Both the position numbers and the translations under genes were made by a program. A stretch of DNA of 64,000 nucleotides from Eledone cirrhosa (taxonomy: Eukaryota), in contig OZ024743.1 of NCBI GenBank assembly GCA_964016885.1, positions 306,466,001 to 306,530,000 on the forward strand, given 5' to 3'. Within the stretch, counting starts at the first letter, position 1, and every line of letters begins with the position of its first letter. Of the stretch, positions 30,001-43,320 are shown piece after piece. A model generated the notes under the pieces. The model was not told the origin of the DNA. It saw only the letters and a list, made by a program, of their open reading frames with translations, and did not search any database.

Positions 30001-33000
30001 GTGATAGTGATGGTAGTGTAGGTGGTAGTGTTGGTGGTAGTGTTGGTGGTAGTGATGGTGGTAGTGATGGTAGTGTTTGTGGTGTGTGATGGTGAGAGAG
30101 ATGATGGTAGTGATGGTGGTAGTGTTGGTGGTAGTGATGGTGCTAGTGATGGTGGTAGTGTTGGTGGTAGTGATGGTGGTAGTGATGGTGGTAGTGATTG
30201 TGGTAATGTTGATGGTAGTGATGGTGGTAGAGATGGTGGTAGTGATGGTGGTAGTGATGGTGGTATTGGTGGTAGTGTTGGTGGTAGTGTTGGTGGTAGT
30301 GATGGTGGTGGTGATGGTGGTCGTGATGGTGGTAGTGATGGTGGTAGTGATGGTAGTGTTGGAGGTAGTGATGATGTTAGTGATGGTGGTAGTGATGGTG
30401 CTAGTGATGGGGGTAGTGTTGGTGGTAGTGATGGTGGCAGTGATGGTGGTAGTGATGGTAGTGTTGATGGTAGTGATGGTGGTAGTGTTGGTGGTAGTGA
30501 TGGTGGTAGTGATGGTGGTAGTGTTGGTGGTAGTGATGATGGTAGTGATGGTGGTAGTGTTGGTAGTGTTGGTGGTTGTGTTGGTGGTAGTGTTGGTGGT
30601 AGTGATGGTGGTAGTGATGGTAGTGTTGGTGCTAGTGTTGGTGGTAGTGATGGTGGTAGTGATGATGGTAGTGATGGTGGTAGTATTGTTGGTAGTGATG
30701 GTGGTAATGATGGTGGTAGTGTTGGTGGTAGTGTTGGTGGTAGTATTGGTGGTAGTGATGGTGGTAGTGATGGTGGTAGTGTTGGTGGTAGTGATGGTGG
30801 TAGTATTGTTGGTAGTGATGGTGGTAATGATGGTGGTAGTGTTGTTGGTAGTGTTGGTGGTAGTGTTGGTGGTAGTGTTGGTGGTAGTGATGGTGGTAAC
30901 GATGCTAGTGTTGGTGGTAGTGTTGGTGGTAGTGGTGGTGCTAGTGATGGTGGTAGTGATGGTGGTACTGATGGTAGTGTTGTTGGTAGTGATCGTGGTA
31001 ATGATGGTGGTATTTGTGGTAGTGATGGTGGTATTGATGATGGTAATGTTGGTAGTGTTGGTGGTAGTGATGGTGGTAGTGATGGTGGTAGTGATGGTGG
31101 TAGTGATGGTGGTAGTGATGGTAGTGTTGTTGGTAGTGATTGTGGTAGTGATGGTGGTATTAGTGGTAGTGTGGTGGTAGTGATGTTGGTAGTGATCGTG
31201 GTAGTGATGGTGGCATTAGTGGTAGTGTTGGTGGTAGTGATGTTGGTAGTGATGGTGGTAGTGTTGGTGGTAGTGTTGGTGGTAGTCTTGGTGGTAGTGT
31301 TGGTGGTAGTGATGGTGGTAGTGATGGTAGTGTTGGTGGTAGTGTTTGTGGTAGTGATGGTGGTAGTGATGGTGGTAGTGATGGTGGTAGTGATGGTGGT
31401 AGTGTTGGTTGTAGTGTTGGTGGTAGTATTGGTGGTAGTGATGGTGGTAGTAATGGTGCTAGTGTTGGTGGTAGTGTTGGTGGTAGTGTTGGTGGTAGTG
31501 ATGGTGGTAGTGATGGTGGTAGTGATGGTGGTAGTGATGGTGGTAGTGATGGTGGTAGTGTTGGTGGTAGTGTTGGTAGTAGTGGTTGTGGTAGTGATGG
31601 TGGTAGTGATGGTGGTAGTGATGGTGGTAGTGATGGTGGTAGTGTTGGTGGTAGTGATGGTAGTGTTGGTGGTAGTGATCGTGGTAGTGATGGTGGTATT
31701 GGTGGTAGTGATGGTGGTAGTGTTGGTGGTAGTGTTGGTGGTAGTGTTGGTAGTAGTGGTGGTGGTAGTGATGGTGGTAGTGATGGTGGTAGTGATGGTA
31801 GTGTTGGTGGTAGTGATCGTGGTAGTGATGGTGGTATTGGTGGTAGTGATGGTGGTAGTGATGGTGGTAGTGATGTTGATAGTGTTTGTGGTAGAGATGT
31901 TGGTATTGATGGTGATGTTGGTGGTAGTGATGGTAGTGTTGGTGGTAGTGATGGTGCTAGTGTTGTTGGTAGTGTTGTTGGTAGTGATGATGGTAGAGTT
32001 GGTAGTGTTGGTGGTAGTGATGGTGGTAGTGATGGTAGTGTTGGTGGTAGTGTTGGTGGTAGTGTTGGTGGTAGTGATGCTGGTAGTGATGGTGGTAGTG
32101 ATGGAAGTGTAGGTGGTAGTGTTGGTGGTAGTGTTGGTGGTAGTGTTGGTGGTAGTGTTGGTGGTAGTGATGGTGGTAGTGATGGTTGTAGTGATGGTAG
32201 TGTTGATGGTAGTGATGGTGGCAGTGATGGTGGTAGTGATTGTAGTGTTGGTGGTAATGTTGGTAGTAGTGTTGGTGGTAGTGATGGTGTTGGTGATGGT
32301 GGTAGTGATGGTGGTAGTGATGGTGGTAGTGTTGGTGGTAGTGATGGTGGCAGTGATGGTGGTAGTGAGGGTAGTGTTGGTGGTAGTGTTGGTGGTAGTG
32401 ATGGTGGTAGCGATGGTAGTGTAGGTGGTAGTGTTGGTGGTAGTGATGGTGGTAGTGATGGTGGTAGTGATGGTAGTGTTTGTGGTGTGTGATGGTGGTA
32501 GAGATGATGGTAGTGATGGTGATAGTGTTGGTGGTAGTGATGGTGGTAATGATGGTGGTAGTGATGGTGGTAGTGTTGGTGGTAGTGATGGTGGTAGTGA
32601 TGGTGGTAGTGATGGTGGTAGTGATGGTGGTAGTGTTGGTGGTAGTGATGGTAGTGTTGGTGGTAGTGTTGGTGGTAGTGATGGTAGTGTTATTGGCAGT
32701 GATCGTGGTAGTGATGGTGGTATTGGTGGTAGTGTTGGTGGTAGTGATGGTGGTAGTGATGGTGGTAGTGGTGATGGTAGTGATGGTGGTAGTGATGGTA
32801 GCGTTGGTGGTAGTGTTGGTGGTATTGTTGCTGGTAGTGATGGTGGTAGTGATGGTAGTGTTGGTGGTAGTGTTGGTGGTAGTGTTGGTGGTAGTGATGG
32901 TAGTGTTGGTGGTGGTGTTGGTGGTAGTGATGGTGGCAGTGAAGGTGGTAGTGATGGTGGTAGTGATGGTGGTATTGATGATAGTGTTGGTGGTAGTGAG

Positions 33001-34815
33001 TGTGGCAGTGATGGTGGTAGTGATGGTAGTGTTGGTGGTAGTGTTGGTGGTAGTGTTGTTGGTAGTGATGGTGGTGGTGATGGTGGTAGTGATGGTGGTA
33101 TTGATGGTGGTAGTGTTGGTGGTAGTGATGGTGGCAGTGATGGTGGTAGTGATGGTAGTGTTGGTGGTAGTGTTGGTGGTAGTGATGGTGGTAGTGATGA
33201 TGGTAGTGATGGTGGTATTGATGGTAGTGTTGGTGGTAGTGTTGGTGTTAGTGTTGGTGGTAGTGATGGTCGTAGTATTGGTGGTAGTGATGGTAGTGTT
33301 GGTGGTAGTGTTGGTGGTAGTGATGACGGTAGTGTTGGTGGTAGTGTTGGTGGTAGTATTGGTGGTAGTGATGGTGGTAGTGATGGTGGTAGTGCTGGTG
33401 GTAGTGTTGGTGGTAGTGATGGTGGTAGTGTTGGTGATAGTGATGGTGGTAGTATTGGTGGTAGTGATGGTGGTATTGATCGTAGTATTGGTGGTAGTGT
33501 TGGTGCTAGTGTTGGTGCTAGTGTTGTTGGTAGTGTTGGTGGTAGTTATGGTGGTAGTGATGGTAGTAGTGTTGGTGGTAGTTATGGTGGTAGTGATGGT
33601 AGTAGTGTTGGTGGTAGTGTTGGTCGTAGTGTTGGTCGTAATGTTGGTGGTAGTGTTGATGGTAGTAATGGTGGTAGTGTTGGTGGTAGTGTTGGTGGTA
33701 GTGACGGTGGTAGTGTTGGTGGTAGTGATGGTTGTAGTATTGGTGGTAGTGAGGGTGGTAGTGATGGTGGTAGTGTTGGTGGTAGTTTTGGTGGTAGTGT
33801 TGGTGGTAGTGATGGTGGTAGTGATGGTAGTGTTGATGGTAGTGTTGGTGGTAGTGTTGGTGGTAGTGTTCGTGGTAGTGATGGTGGTAGTGATGGTGGT
33901 ATTGGTGGTGGTTGTGATGGTGGTAGTGTTGGTGGTAGTGTTGGTGGCAAGGATGGTGGTAGTATTGGTTGTAGTGATTGTAGTGTTGGTGTTAGTGTTG
34001 GTGGTATTGATCGTGTTATTGGTGGTAGCGATAGTGGTAGTGTTGTTTGCAGTGATGGTGGTAGTGATGGTGGTAGTGTTGGTGGTAGTGTTGGTGGTAG
34101 TGATCGTGGTAGTGATTGTGGTAGTGTTGTTGGTAGTGTTGGTGGTAGTGATGGTGGTAGTGATGGTGGTAGGGTTGGTGGTAGTGATGGTGGTAGTGAT
34201 GATGGTAGTGATGGTGGTATTGATGGTGGTAGTGATGATGGTAGTGATGGTGGTATTGATGGTAGTGTTGGTGTCAGTGTTGGTGGTAGTGTTGGTGGTA
34301 GTGATGGTGGTAGTATTGGTGGTAGTGATGGTGGTAGTGATGATGGTAGTGTTGGTGGTAGTGTTGGTGGTAGTATTGGTGGTAGTGATTGTGGTAGTGA
34401 TGGTGGTAGTGTTGGTGGTAGTGTTGGTGGTAGTGATGGTGGTAGTGTTGGTGATAGTGATGGTGGTAGTATTGGTGGTAGTGATGGTGGTATTGATCGT
34501 AGTATTGGTGGTATTGATCGTAGTATTGGTGGTAGTGTTGGTGCTAGTGTTGGTGCTAGTGTTGTTGGTAGTGTTGGTGGTAGTTATGGTGGCAGTGATG
34601 GTGGTAGTGTTGGTGGTAGTGATGATAGTGTTGGGAGTAGTGTTGATGTTAATGATGGTAGTGTTGGTGGTAGTGATGGTGGTAGTGTTGGTAGTAGTGT
34701 TGGTAGTAGTGTTGGTGTTAGTGTTGGTGGTAGTGATTGTTGTAGTATTGGTGGTAGTGATGGTGGTAGTGTTGGTGGTAGTGATGGTGGTAGTGTTGGT
34801 GGTAGTGTTGGTGGT
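1..34815. repeat. Giant G/T-rich satellite, 12-bp unit GGTGGTAGTG(A/T)T with 9-bp GGTAGTG(A/T)T variants and kb-scale higher-order duplications
   Basis: Continuous tandem units from the window start to ~34815; the + strand is almost devoid of C. Rare variant landmarks recur, e.g. gatatagttggcgg at ~1787/6380/10485 and gatggtgagagagatg at ~17591/22204/30088. Confidence 0.98.
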
Positions 34816-34991
34816 CATGTATCCATTTATGCTGCTATTAAACATGGAATTCTGGATCTAACTTATTCCACTCCACGCAAAAATTGTCGTTTGCATTTCC
34901 TGCTAATTTCCCAAGAGTCAGTAATTGTGAACACGCATACAAATATATTTACATACATAAATGCGCATATCAAACATAAATACATACTTCC

Positions 34992-35040
34992 ATACATACA
35001 TACATACATACATACATACATACATACATACATACATACA

Positions 35041-35070
<30 letters not shown>
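34992..35070. repeat. (TACA)n microsatellite, probable (ATGT)n 3' tail of the adjacent minus-strand RTE end
   Basis: Pure tetranucleotide run next to the RTE 3' terminus. Confidence 0.9.
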
Positions 35071-35071
<1 letters not shown>

Positions 35072-35098
35072 TGTACATAGATAATACATACATGCATA

Positions 35099-35262
35099 CA
35101 TGGTGGCTGCCAACTCGTTTTCGAGTACGGCCACTACTTTATATCCATGTAGGAGAACCCCTACCGATGCGCTGAACGAGTGTGACTTTTTTGTCCAGCC
35201 AGCGACTTGAAAACTCTGGTACAAACACTACACCTGTGACAACTATTGACACATAGTGCTGG
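35099..35262 (-). mobile_element. RTE-clade LINE 3' end with terminal C2H2 zinc finger
   Basis: Minus strand encodes CSVCTRVFKSLAGQKSHTRSAHR*, then a short 3' UTR ending ...ctcgaaaacgagttggcagccaccatg and an (ATGT)n tail. Near-identical (about 3 mismatches in 164 bp) to 35777-35940. Confidence 0.75.
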
Positions 35263-35712
35263 GCCCATGGTAACATGTGACGACAAGTGCAGAATGATCT
35301 CCAGATATAAAGCAATGCCTGTGCTGTTAAGCTTTATAGTGATCAAAGGCACTGCACAAAGCCAGTCCCACTCTCTTAACCAAGATGATATTTACCAAAA
35401 AGAAGAACAAGTCAACATCATTGGATATCATCAGGGTTGCAGGGGTTATATCAGAGTTTTCCTTCTCCTAGAATTCTGCCTTTACAAAGGCTAAGGGGTC
35501 ATCTCTCCCGGTGATTTTGGATGGCCATTGACTCTTAAGAGCTCCTTTTCCCTTTGACAGATTTTGTTTTTAGTACTCCAGGATGTCCAAAGTCACCCTC
35601 CTCACCAAGAAACCTTGGTGGGATTGCCAGTTTAGTCGCCACCGACCCGAGCATGAGACAGGTTGTACTGGGATACATGTTACCAGTAGCACCAACTGGT
35701 GACCTGACATAA

Positions 35713-35940
35713 CATACATACATACATACATACATACATACATACATACATACATACATACATACATACATACATACATGGTGGCTGCCAACTCGTTTTC
35801 GAGTACGGCCACTACTTTATATCCATGTAGGAGAACCCCTACCGATACGCTGAACGAGTGTGACTTTTTAGTCCAGCCAGCGACTTGAAAACTCTGGTAC
35901 AAACACTACACTTGTGACAACTATTGACACATAGTGCTGG
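35713..35940 (-). mobile_element. Second copy of the RTE 3' end (35777-35940) with (ATGT)n tail (35713-35776)
   Basis: Direct duplicate of 35099-35262, 678 bp away. Confidence 0.75.
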
Positions 35941-36059
35941 TTCAAATTCTGTGTATATTGTTGATTAAGATTTTATTTGATGTTTCATATCTACATGCAT
36001 ATATACTTGCGTATAATATCAATATGCACACTACACATGCTAGCAAAAAGGTTTTTCTG

Positions 36060-36275
36060 CTAGTTGATGTAATTGGTCTAAGCTTGGTAATGTTGAGCAG
36101 CTCACTGATACAGATATGGTCGCTGAGTCGCTTGTCAGTCATAAGTCTAATGATGTGGTTCTGGAATGTAGAGAGCTTCTGAAGTGACCTGAAGTCTTCC
36201 AATTAACACAGTCAAGACCATATAGCACAACTGGTAGGATGTAAGTATCGAAGATCTTATCCTTCAAATGATACA
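36060..36275 (-). mobile_element. LINE (RTE-like) RT thumb-region fragment
   Basis: Minus strand reads KDKIFDTYILPVVLYGLDCVNW, then after a frameshift LQKLSTFQNHIIRLMTDKRLSDHI; typical post-RT region of RTE/L2-type LINEs. Confidence 0.7.
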
Positions 36276-36282
36276 TTAATAA

Positions 36283-37019
36283 TTAACGGTGCTGCGATCG
36301 AATGTGGCTTTTTAGTCCAGCCAATGATCTAAAATGTCTTGCACAGAGTTGGCAATCATGATAAAAACATTCACTGACAACAGCCGGCTGTGGTTGGTCT
36401 TCATGTACTTTTGCATGTCTTTTGAGCCCCGCTGCCGATCTACACTCTTTCCTCGTATTTGACAGGTATGATGAGTAGCATCTCCGACAGCAGCCTGGCA
36501 GTCAACCACTGGTCTCACTTTATGACTACGAAGATGACGTTTGAATCCATCTTTACTGAGGCAGAGTCTCGCACAGACGCTGCATGTCAGCGCCATAGGA
36601 GGACCTTTGCTGTCTGGAAATGCAACAGCAATGCCTTTCCTGACATCCCTTTTTACTTTCTCGTATACGATTGGAGATGCTTCAAAGGCAACTTTCCTTT
36701 CATCCACAATCTTCCTCCGTTTACTACGATCAACATCTACGCTTTCCAATGTATCAACAGATATCCTAATCCTGTGTAGAATTTCATTATCAAGATTGCT
36801 GTATCGATTGACAGTGCTTCCCAGGAAGACAAACTGATCAATCACTCCAAATCGTTTACCATACAGATAGATATTTGGTTCATTGTACTGCTTACCAGGG
36901 GTAGGTCGGTACGTGTCAACGGTTTTCTTGAGACTGACAGTCAATCCTAGGGCAGTGCAAGAAAATGCATTCAAAAGGTGTTGCATATCAATCTCTGTGT
37001 GCATCAGGACTGTATACAT
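36283..37019 (-). mobile_element. Internally deleted RTE LINE fragment: RT C-terminal part plus three C2H2 zinc fingers
   Basis: HTEIDMQHLLNAFS..LGLTVSLKKT...FVFLGS (RT domains after YADD), then CSVC...HLRSH, a frameshifted CQI...HAKVH, and CQLCARHFRSLAGLKSHIRSQHR*. Confidence 0.85.
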
Positions 37020-37048
37020 CTGCTAATCTGTATTTGTATGTATGTGTG

Positions 37049-37131
<83 letters not shown>

Positions 37132-37167
37132 TTAAAACAAATAGAGGTGTGACACACGAGTTGTGAT

Positions 37168-37544
37168 ATATTAGTAAAAAGGAAAAGAAAATGCTGACAA
37201 ATTTTTCCTAGTGAAAAATACTTTAATTAGGAATAAGTATAACTTAGTAATAAGTATTAGTTAGTATTTAGTTTTATTTTCAAGTTTTAACCGGTTGGGC
37301 ATTTCTTATGCTTTTCAAAAATAATTTTTAGATAGAGTGCTCGTGATTTTTGTTCTAATCTGATTAGAGCAAAAATCACGAGCACTCTATCTCAAAATTA
37401 TTTTTGAAAAGCATAAGAAATGCGCAACCGGTAAAAACTTAAAACTAAAACTAAATACTAACTAATACTTATTATTAATTTTTACCTATTCCTAATTAAA
37501 CTATTTTTCCCTGGGAAAAATTTGTCACCATTTTCTTTTCCTTT

Positions 37545-37554
<10 letters not shown>
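37168..37554. repeat. ~385-bp near-perfect palindrome (foldback) with a 1-nt centre
   Basis: Arms of ~190 bp pair around ...gttctaatc-T-gattagagc... (centre 37361), with roughly 8% mismatch by eye; (TA)n on both flanks. Confidence 0.95.
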
Positions 37555-37584
<30 letters not shown>

Positions 37585-37605
37585 CTAAATATTAATAAAT
37601 GAATA

Positions 37606-37700
37606 CATTCACATAATCAAAATATATGTTTTATTATATATATTTCGGAGGTACTGTGCTGTTTTTTCAGTACGTCCTCATCAGATAAAATACATAAATG
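37606..37700 (-). ncRNA. Degenerate type I hammerhead ribozyme
   Basis: Minus strand: CUGAUGA-GGA(C)GUACUG...CAGUAC(C)UCC-GAAA-UAUAU...AUAUA-UU. Distal stem I cauuuaugua/uaugugaaug pairs; proximal stem I is mismatched. Confidence 0.7.
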
Positions 37701-37786
37701 GATGTATGACATACCTCAATTGTGCTGATGGTTCAATTCCAGTCTTGGCAGTGGCTATATATATATATAGGTATATGTGTATATAT

Positions 37787-38160
37787 GTATGCATACTTAC
37801 ATTTTCATTTATCAGCTGTGCTAGGGTGAGAAATAAAATTCTAACTTTATTTTTAGTTTCCGGCAAGTTTCTCGCTCGATCTGCAAATGAGGCGACTCAG
37901 CCGATATGTACTTAAGAAAATACTATATATTTTCAACCGTTCAACAGAGGTATAGGGTCCTGATGAAGAGATTATACGGTCCTGACGAAGGGTAATGACC
38001 AAGAAACATATTGATTGTTCCTCAATGCCAGTGTTGAACAAATGGTTGACGATTTGTCATCGGCGTAGCACAGCTTTACTCGGGCCATTTGTATACAAAC
38101 GAATCGAATATTATTATTAATGTTTGATATAACCCATACGTACATATGTATATGTGTGTG

Positions 38161-38218
<58 letters not shown>

Positions 38219-38308
38219 AGTGTGTGTGTGTGTGTGTGTGTGTATGTACGTATGCATACTTACATTTATGTATCAGCTGTGCTAGGGCGAGAAATAAAAT
38301 TCTAATTT

Positions 38309-38315
<7 letters not shown>
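37787..38315 (+). repeat. Pair of ~65-bp direct repeats (37787-37853, 38250-38315) enclosing a hammerhead-like segment
   Basis: gtatgcatacttacattt..tatcagctgtgctagggYgagaaataaaattctaaYtttatttt occurs twice, ~463 bp apart. Confidence 0.8.
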
Positions 38316-38350
<35 letters not shown>

Positions 38351-38560
38351 TCACACATTACTATACAAAGGTCGCCGAATTTACTTCGGCAAGCTCTGGC
38401 CTCCACTCAGTCAATGAACAAACAGGTTTGCAAGTGAGAAAATACAAAATGAATTGTCAGAGTGCACATTTATAGTTAATCAGTAAGATTGCAGTGTTTT
38501 GGTGTTGACACTCACATATCAAAATCCAGGACGGTCGCGTTTCTGCGCAACTTTCTGCCT

Positions 38561-38662
<102 letters not shown>

Positions 38663-39549
38663 GGCGGAATGTTACTGGTTAAAGTCGGTAAGGCCATTAT
38701 TCAACTTAGTTGTGTATACCTATGAAACGTAGAGTGTAAATATTATAATATTATATTATATAGTCAGTGAACACACTCAGTCTCATAAGTAAACATCCTG
38801 ATTATATCACATTCTCTTGCACTTAAACTAAAGTATAGTTGTAGTTTCTATATATGTTATGGTCCGAAGCATTTGATTGACGAGGGTTTCTTCTTTGAAG
38901 ACCTTCCGCTGCCAGCTTTCCTTAGTGTTTCTTTCCATTATTAATGTTTTAAAATACATTTACCATCCATTACCGTATATCTTACATCACTCTACACAAT
39001 GACTTTAATTAGTTTCAACTCCAAAATAGCTTCTGTCGAGGAGATTCTATTTCCACCTAAAATAATTCACTGCTTGCTTGAACCCATCACCAGTGTTGTA
39101 AGCTGGAGTCAGTGGTTGTTTCGGATTTACATAAACACTTTCATCCCGGTAACCCAACTGAGGTTAATAAAGATTCCCAGTGACATACATATTACTCTCC
39201 CTACCGGTCACTATTTTAAAACAGTAGTACTAAGTCTTGAAAGACGAGTTTAAATCCTGTATCGAAAGTTATAGAGAAAACATCAAGGGCAGAGGGGGAA
39301 ACAATGGCTGATTTGATTAAACGGTCGTTAATATCTACTCTTTGGTAACGTCTAAATGAATCAACGCTGCGCCATATCATACATGGTCCTAAACACGAGG
39401 CGGTATCGTGATATCTGGCCCCGACTTGATCATATAAATCTTATGGAACCCATCCCTCTCCAGGTCAGAATACTACTGATCTCTACCAGATGAGTGGAGA
39501 GTGGGAGAGAGAACATGAGAAAGAAATTCAGAGAAAGGATCGACTAAAG

Positions 39550-39818
39550 TCTAAAGTCTGTCTCTAGCCCAGAGGTTCATCAGGTCAATGCTTATCTTCG
39601 CTTTCGTGGCGTTAGGCGACTAAGAGTACAACACTTCCCCCTTAGACAGAACATCAGTCCATCGCTGGGTTAAACGCCCAACTATTGCCTCTATTCATTT
39701 TCAGCTGAATATACTGGAGCAACGTAAAATGAAGTGTTTTGTTCCAAAACACAGCACACAGTCTAGTCTAGGATTCGAACCCACGACATTATGATCGTAA
39801 GTTCAACACCCTTACCAT
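39550..39818 (-). mobile_element. tRNA-derived SINE
   Basis: Minus strand: A-box-like TGGTAAGGG, B-box GGTTCGAATCC (39771-39781), then a CORE-like tgtgttttggaacaaaacacttcattttacgttgctccagt segment. Confidence 0.75.
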
Positions 39819-39819
39819 T

Positions 39820-39945
39820 ATATTTATCGACGTAAAAATTATAAAAGTTAAGGATAACTGCGGTGGGACTTGAACTCAGGGCGCAGAGAACCGAAACGAA
39901 TAAAGCAAAGCAATGTGTCCGACTTTCTAATGACTCCGCCAGTTC
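39820..39945 (-). mobile_element. tRNA-derived SINE, second family, diverged
   Basis: Minus strand ...ctggcggagtcattag...ctgagttcaagtcccaccgcag...gtcgataaat; homologous to 43685-43886, 44370-44530, 51115-51240 and 55580-55790. Confidence 0.65.
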
Positions 39946-40419
39946 AATAACTAAAATACCACACCAGCTAACATGGGAACCTATACAGAGGCAATCGATC
40001 TGCTAGAATTAGTAGTCAAATATCTATGAAATAACATCTTACGATGTCAATGCACATAAAGTCCAGATGTATGTACATTAAAAGAAACAAAAAATACGAG
40101 TGTCTATTTGAACGTTAATATCTAAACAAAACATCATTTATAACTCCACCCTCACAATTACCATCGACGAGGTTGGGGAGACGGAGTAGGGAAGAAAGAA
40201 AAAAGGGGAAGATAGACGAGATAGATGAATCGGATGGATGGATAGATGGGTATAATGGAATGGAATGGTATGGTGTAGTGAAATATGCTCATAAGTAAAT
40301 TCCCTATTTTACAATCATATGATTGTCAGTAACCCATGCATGACGTTTGATGGTTTCGTTACAATATTTTAGTCACATCTTTGTTTAAACGTCAGCATTT
40401 TTTGTTGAAATTTTCTCAT

Positions 40420-41600
40420 TGCTGTTGTTGTTATTGTTGTTGTTATTTTTTTTTTTTTTTACTATAGTTGCTGTTGCTATTGTTGTTGTTATTGCTGCTT
40501 TTGTTGTTGTTGGTGTTATTGTTTTGTGATGGTGGTGGTTGTTGTTTTTTGTGGTGGTGGTGGTGGTGGTGGTGGTGATAATGGCGGCGGCGGCGGTGGT
40601 GGTGGTGGTGGTGGTGGTCGTGGTGGTCGTGATAATGGCGGTGGTGGTAGTGGTGGTGATGGCGGTGGTGTTTGTGGTGTTGTTGGTGGTTGTTATTGCT
40701 GTTACTGACCTTGTCGACATCATTGTTGTTGTTGTTGCTGACCTTGTCGCCATCTTTGTTGTTGTTGTTGTTGCCTTCGTCGACGTAGTTGCTGCTGTTG
40801 CTGCTGTTGCTGTTGTGGTTATTGCTGTCATTGTCGTTGTTATTGTTGATGTTGCTGTTATTGTAGTAGTTGTTGCTGTTGTTGTTGCTGTTGGTGCTGC
40901 TCTTGTTGCTCTTGTCGTCATTGATGTTGTTGTTTTTGCTGCTGTTGCTCTTGTCATCACTGTAGTTGCTGCTGTATTGTTGCTGCTGTGCTGTTGCTGC
41001 TATTGCTCTTGTTATCATTGTAGTTGTTGTTGGTGCTGCTGTGCTGTTGCTGCTGTTGCTCTTGTCATCACTGTAGTTGCTGTTGTTGCTGCTGTATTGT
41101 TGCTGCTGTGCTGTTGCTGCTGTTGCTCTTGTTATCACTGTAGTTGCTATTGTTGCTGCTGTTTGTTACTGCTGTGCTGTTGCTGCTGTTGCTCTTGTTA
41201 TCACTGTAGTTGCTATTGTTGCTGCTGTTGCTCTTGTCATCATTGTAGTTGCTGCTGTTGCTGCTGTTTGTTGCTGCTGTTGCTCTTGTCTTTATTGTAG
41301 TTGTTGTTGGTGCTGCTGTGCTGTTGCTGCTGTTGCTCTTGTCATCACTGTAGTTGCTGCTGTTGCTGCTGTGTTGTTGCTGCTGTGCTGTTGCTGCTGT
41401 TGCTGTTCTTGCTGTTCTTGCTGCTGCTGCTGTTATTGTTGCTGTTGTTGCTTTCGTTATTGTTGTTGCTATTGATGCTGCTGTTGCTCTTGTGGTCATT
41501 GTTGCTGCTGTTGTTGCTGTTGTTGCTGTTGTTGCTGTTGTTGCTGCTGTTGCTGTTGTTGCTGCTGTTGCCCTTGTCGTCATTATAGTTGTTGTTTGTT
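40420..41600. repeat. Compound trinucleotide low-complexity array (TGT/TGC/GGT) with internal sub-duplications
   Basis: gctgttgctcttgtYatcactgtagttgct recurs several times. Confidence 0.9.
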
Positions 41601-42084
41601 AGTGTTTATTACTGTTTTGTTTCGTCATATTATCTGTTTGAAGATCTAGTAGATTTCCTAAATATCTAATTCGAGACAACCTCCATTTTGTATTAAGTCG
41701 CTCTACTCTTTCTCCTTCCCGCTTTTCTCGGCTGCCATTTTTCTGCCTTTGCTTTTGTTTTTTTATTTTCTTTCCTTTTGTTAATTATATTGTCACTTTG
41801 TTCTTCACTGGTCTTAATTTGCCCATCTATTTTCCTTCTTCTTTTTCCCTTCCTTTCCCACTTTTTCTCCTTTCTCCTCCTATTTTATTCTCTCTATATA
41901 TATTATTCTCACTATTTCTAGCTTTCTAATCCTTTATTTCTTCACTCTGTTTCCTATCTCTATCTCTCAATGTCTTGTATAACCCATCTTTCTTTAACTC
42001 TCATTCTCTCTTTTCTCTCCATGTCTTCCTGTATTTCTCACACACTGTGTCATCATACATACACTTTCTTCTACATACTATCCC

Positions 42085-43320
<1,236 letters not shown>

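Noticed and set aside
5-32424. Dozens of long Val/Met/Leu, Gly-Ser-Asp and Thr/Asn-rich ORFs
   Set aside because: They are translations of the 12-bp satellite in several frames on both strands, with frequent frameshifts; no domain, signal peptide or splice evidence.
1-34815. Telomeric repeat array
   Set aside because: No (TTAGGG)n or other fixed short telomere unit seen; the variant blocks and kb duplications fit satellite recombination rather than telomerase synthesis.
39770-39818. tRNA gene
   Set aside because: A/B boxes belong to a SINE head; no complete cloverleaf or acceptor stem, and it continues into SINE body sequence.
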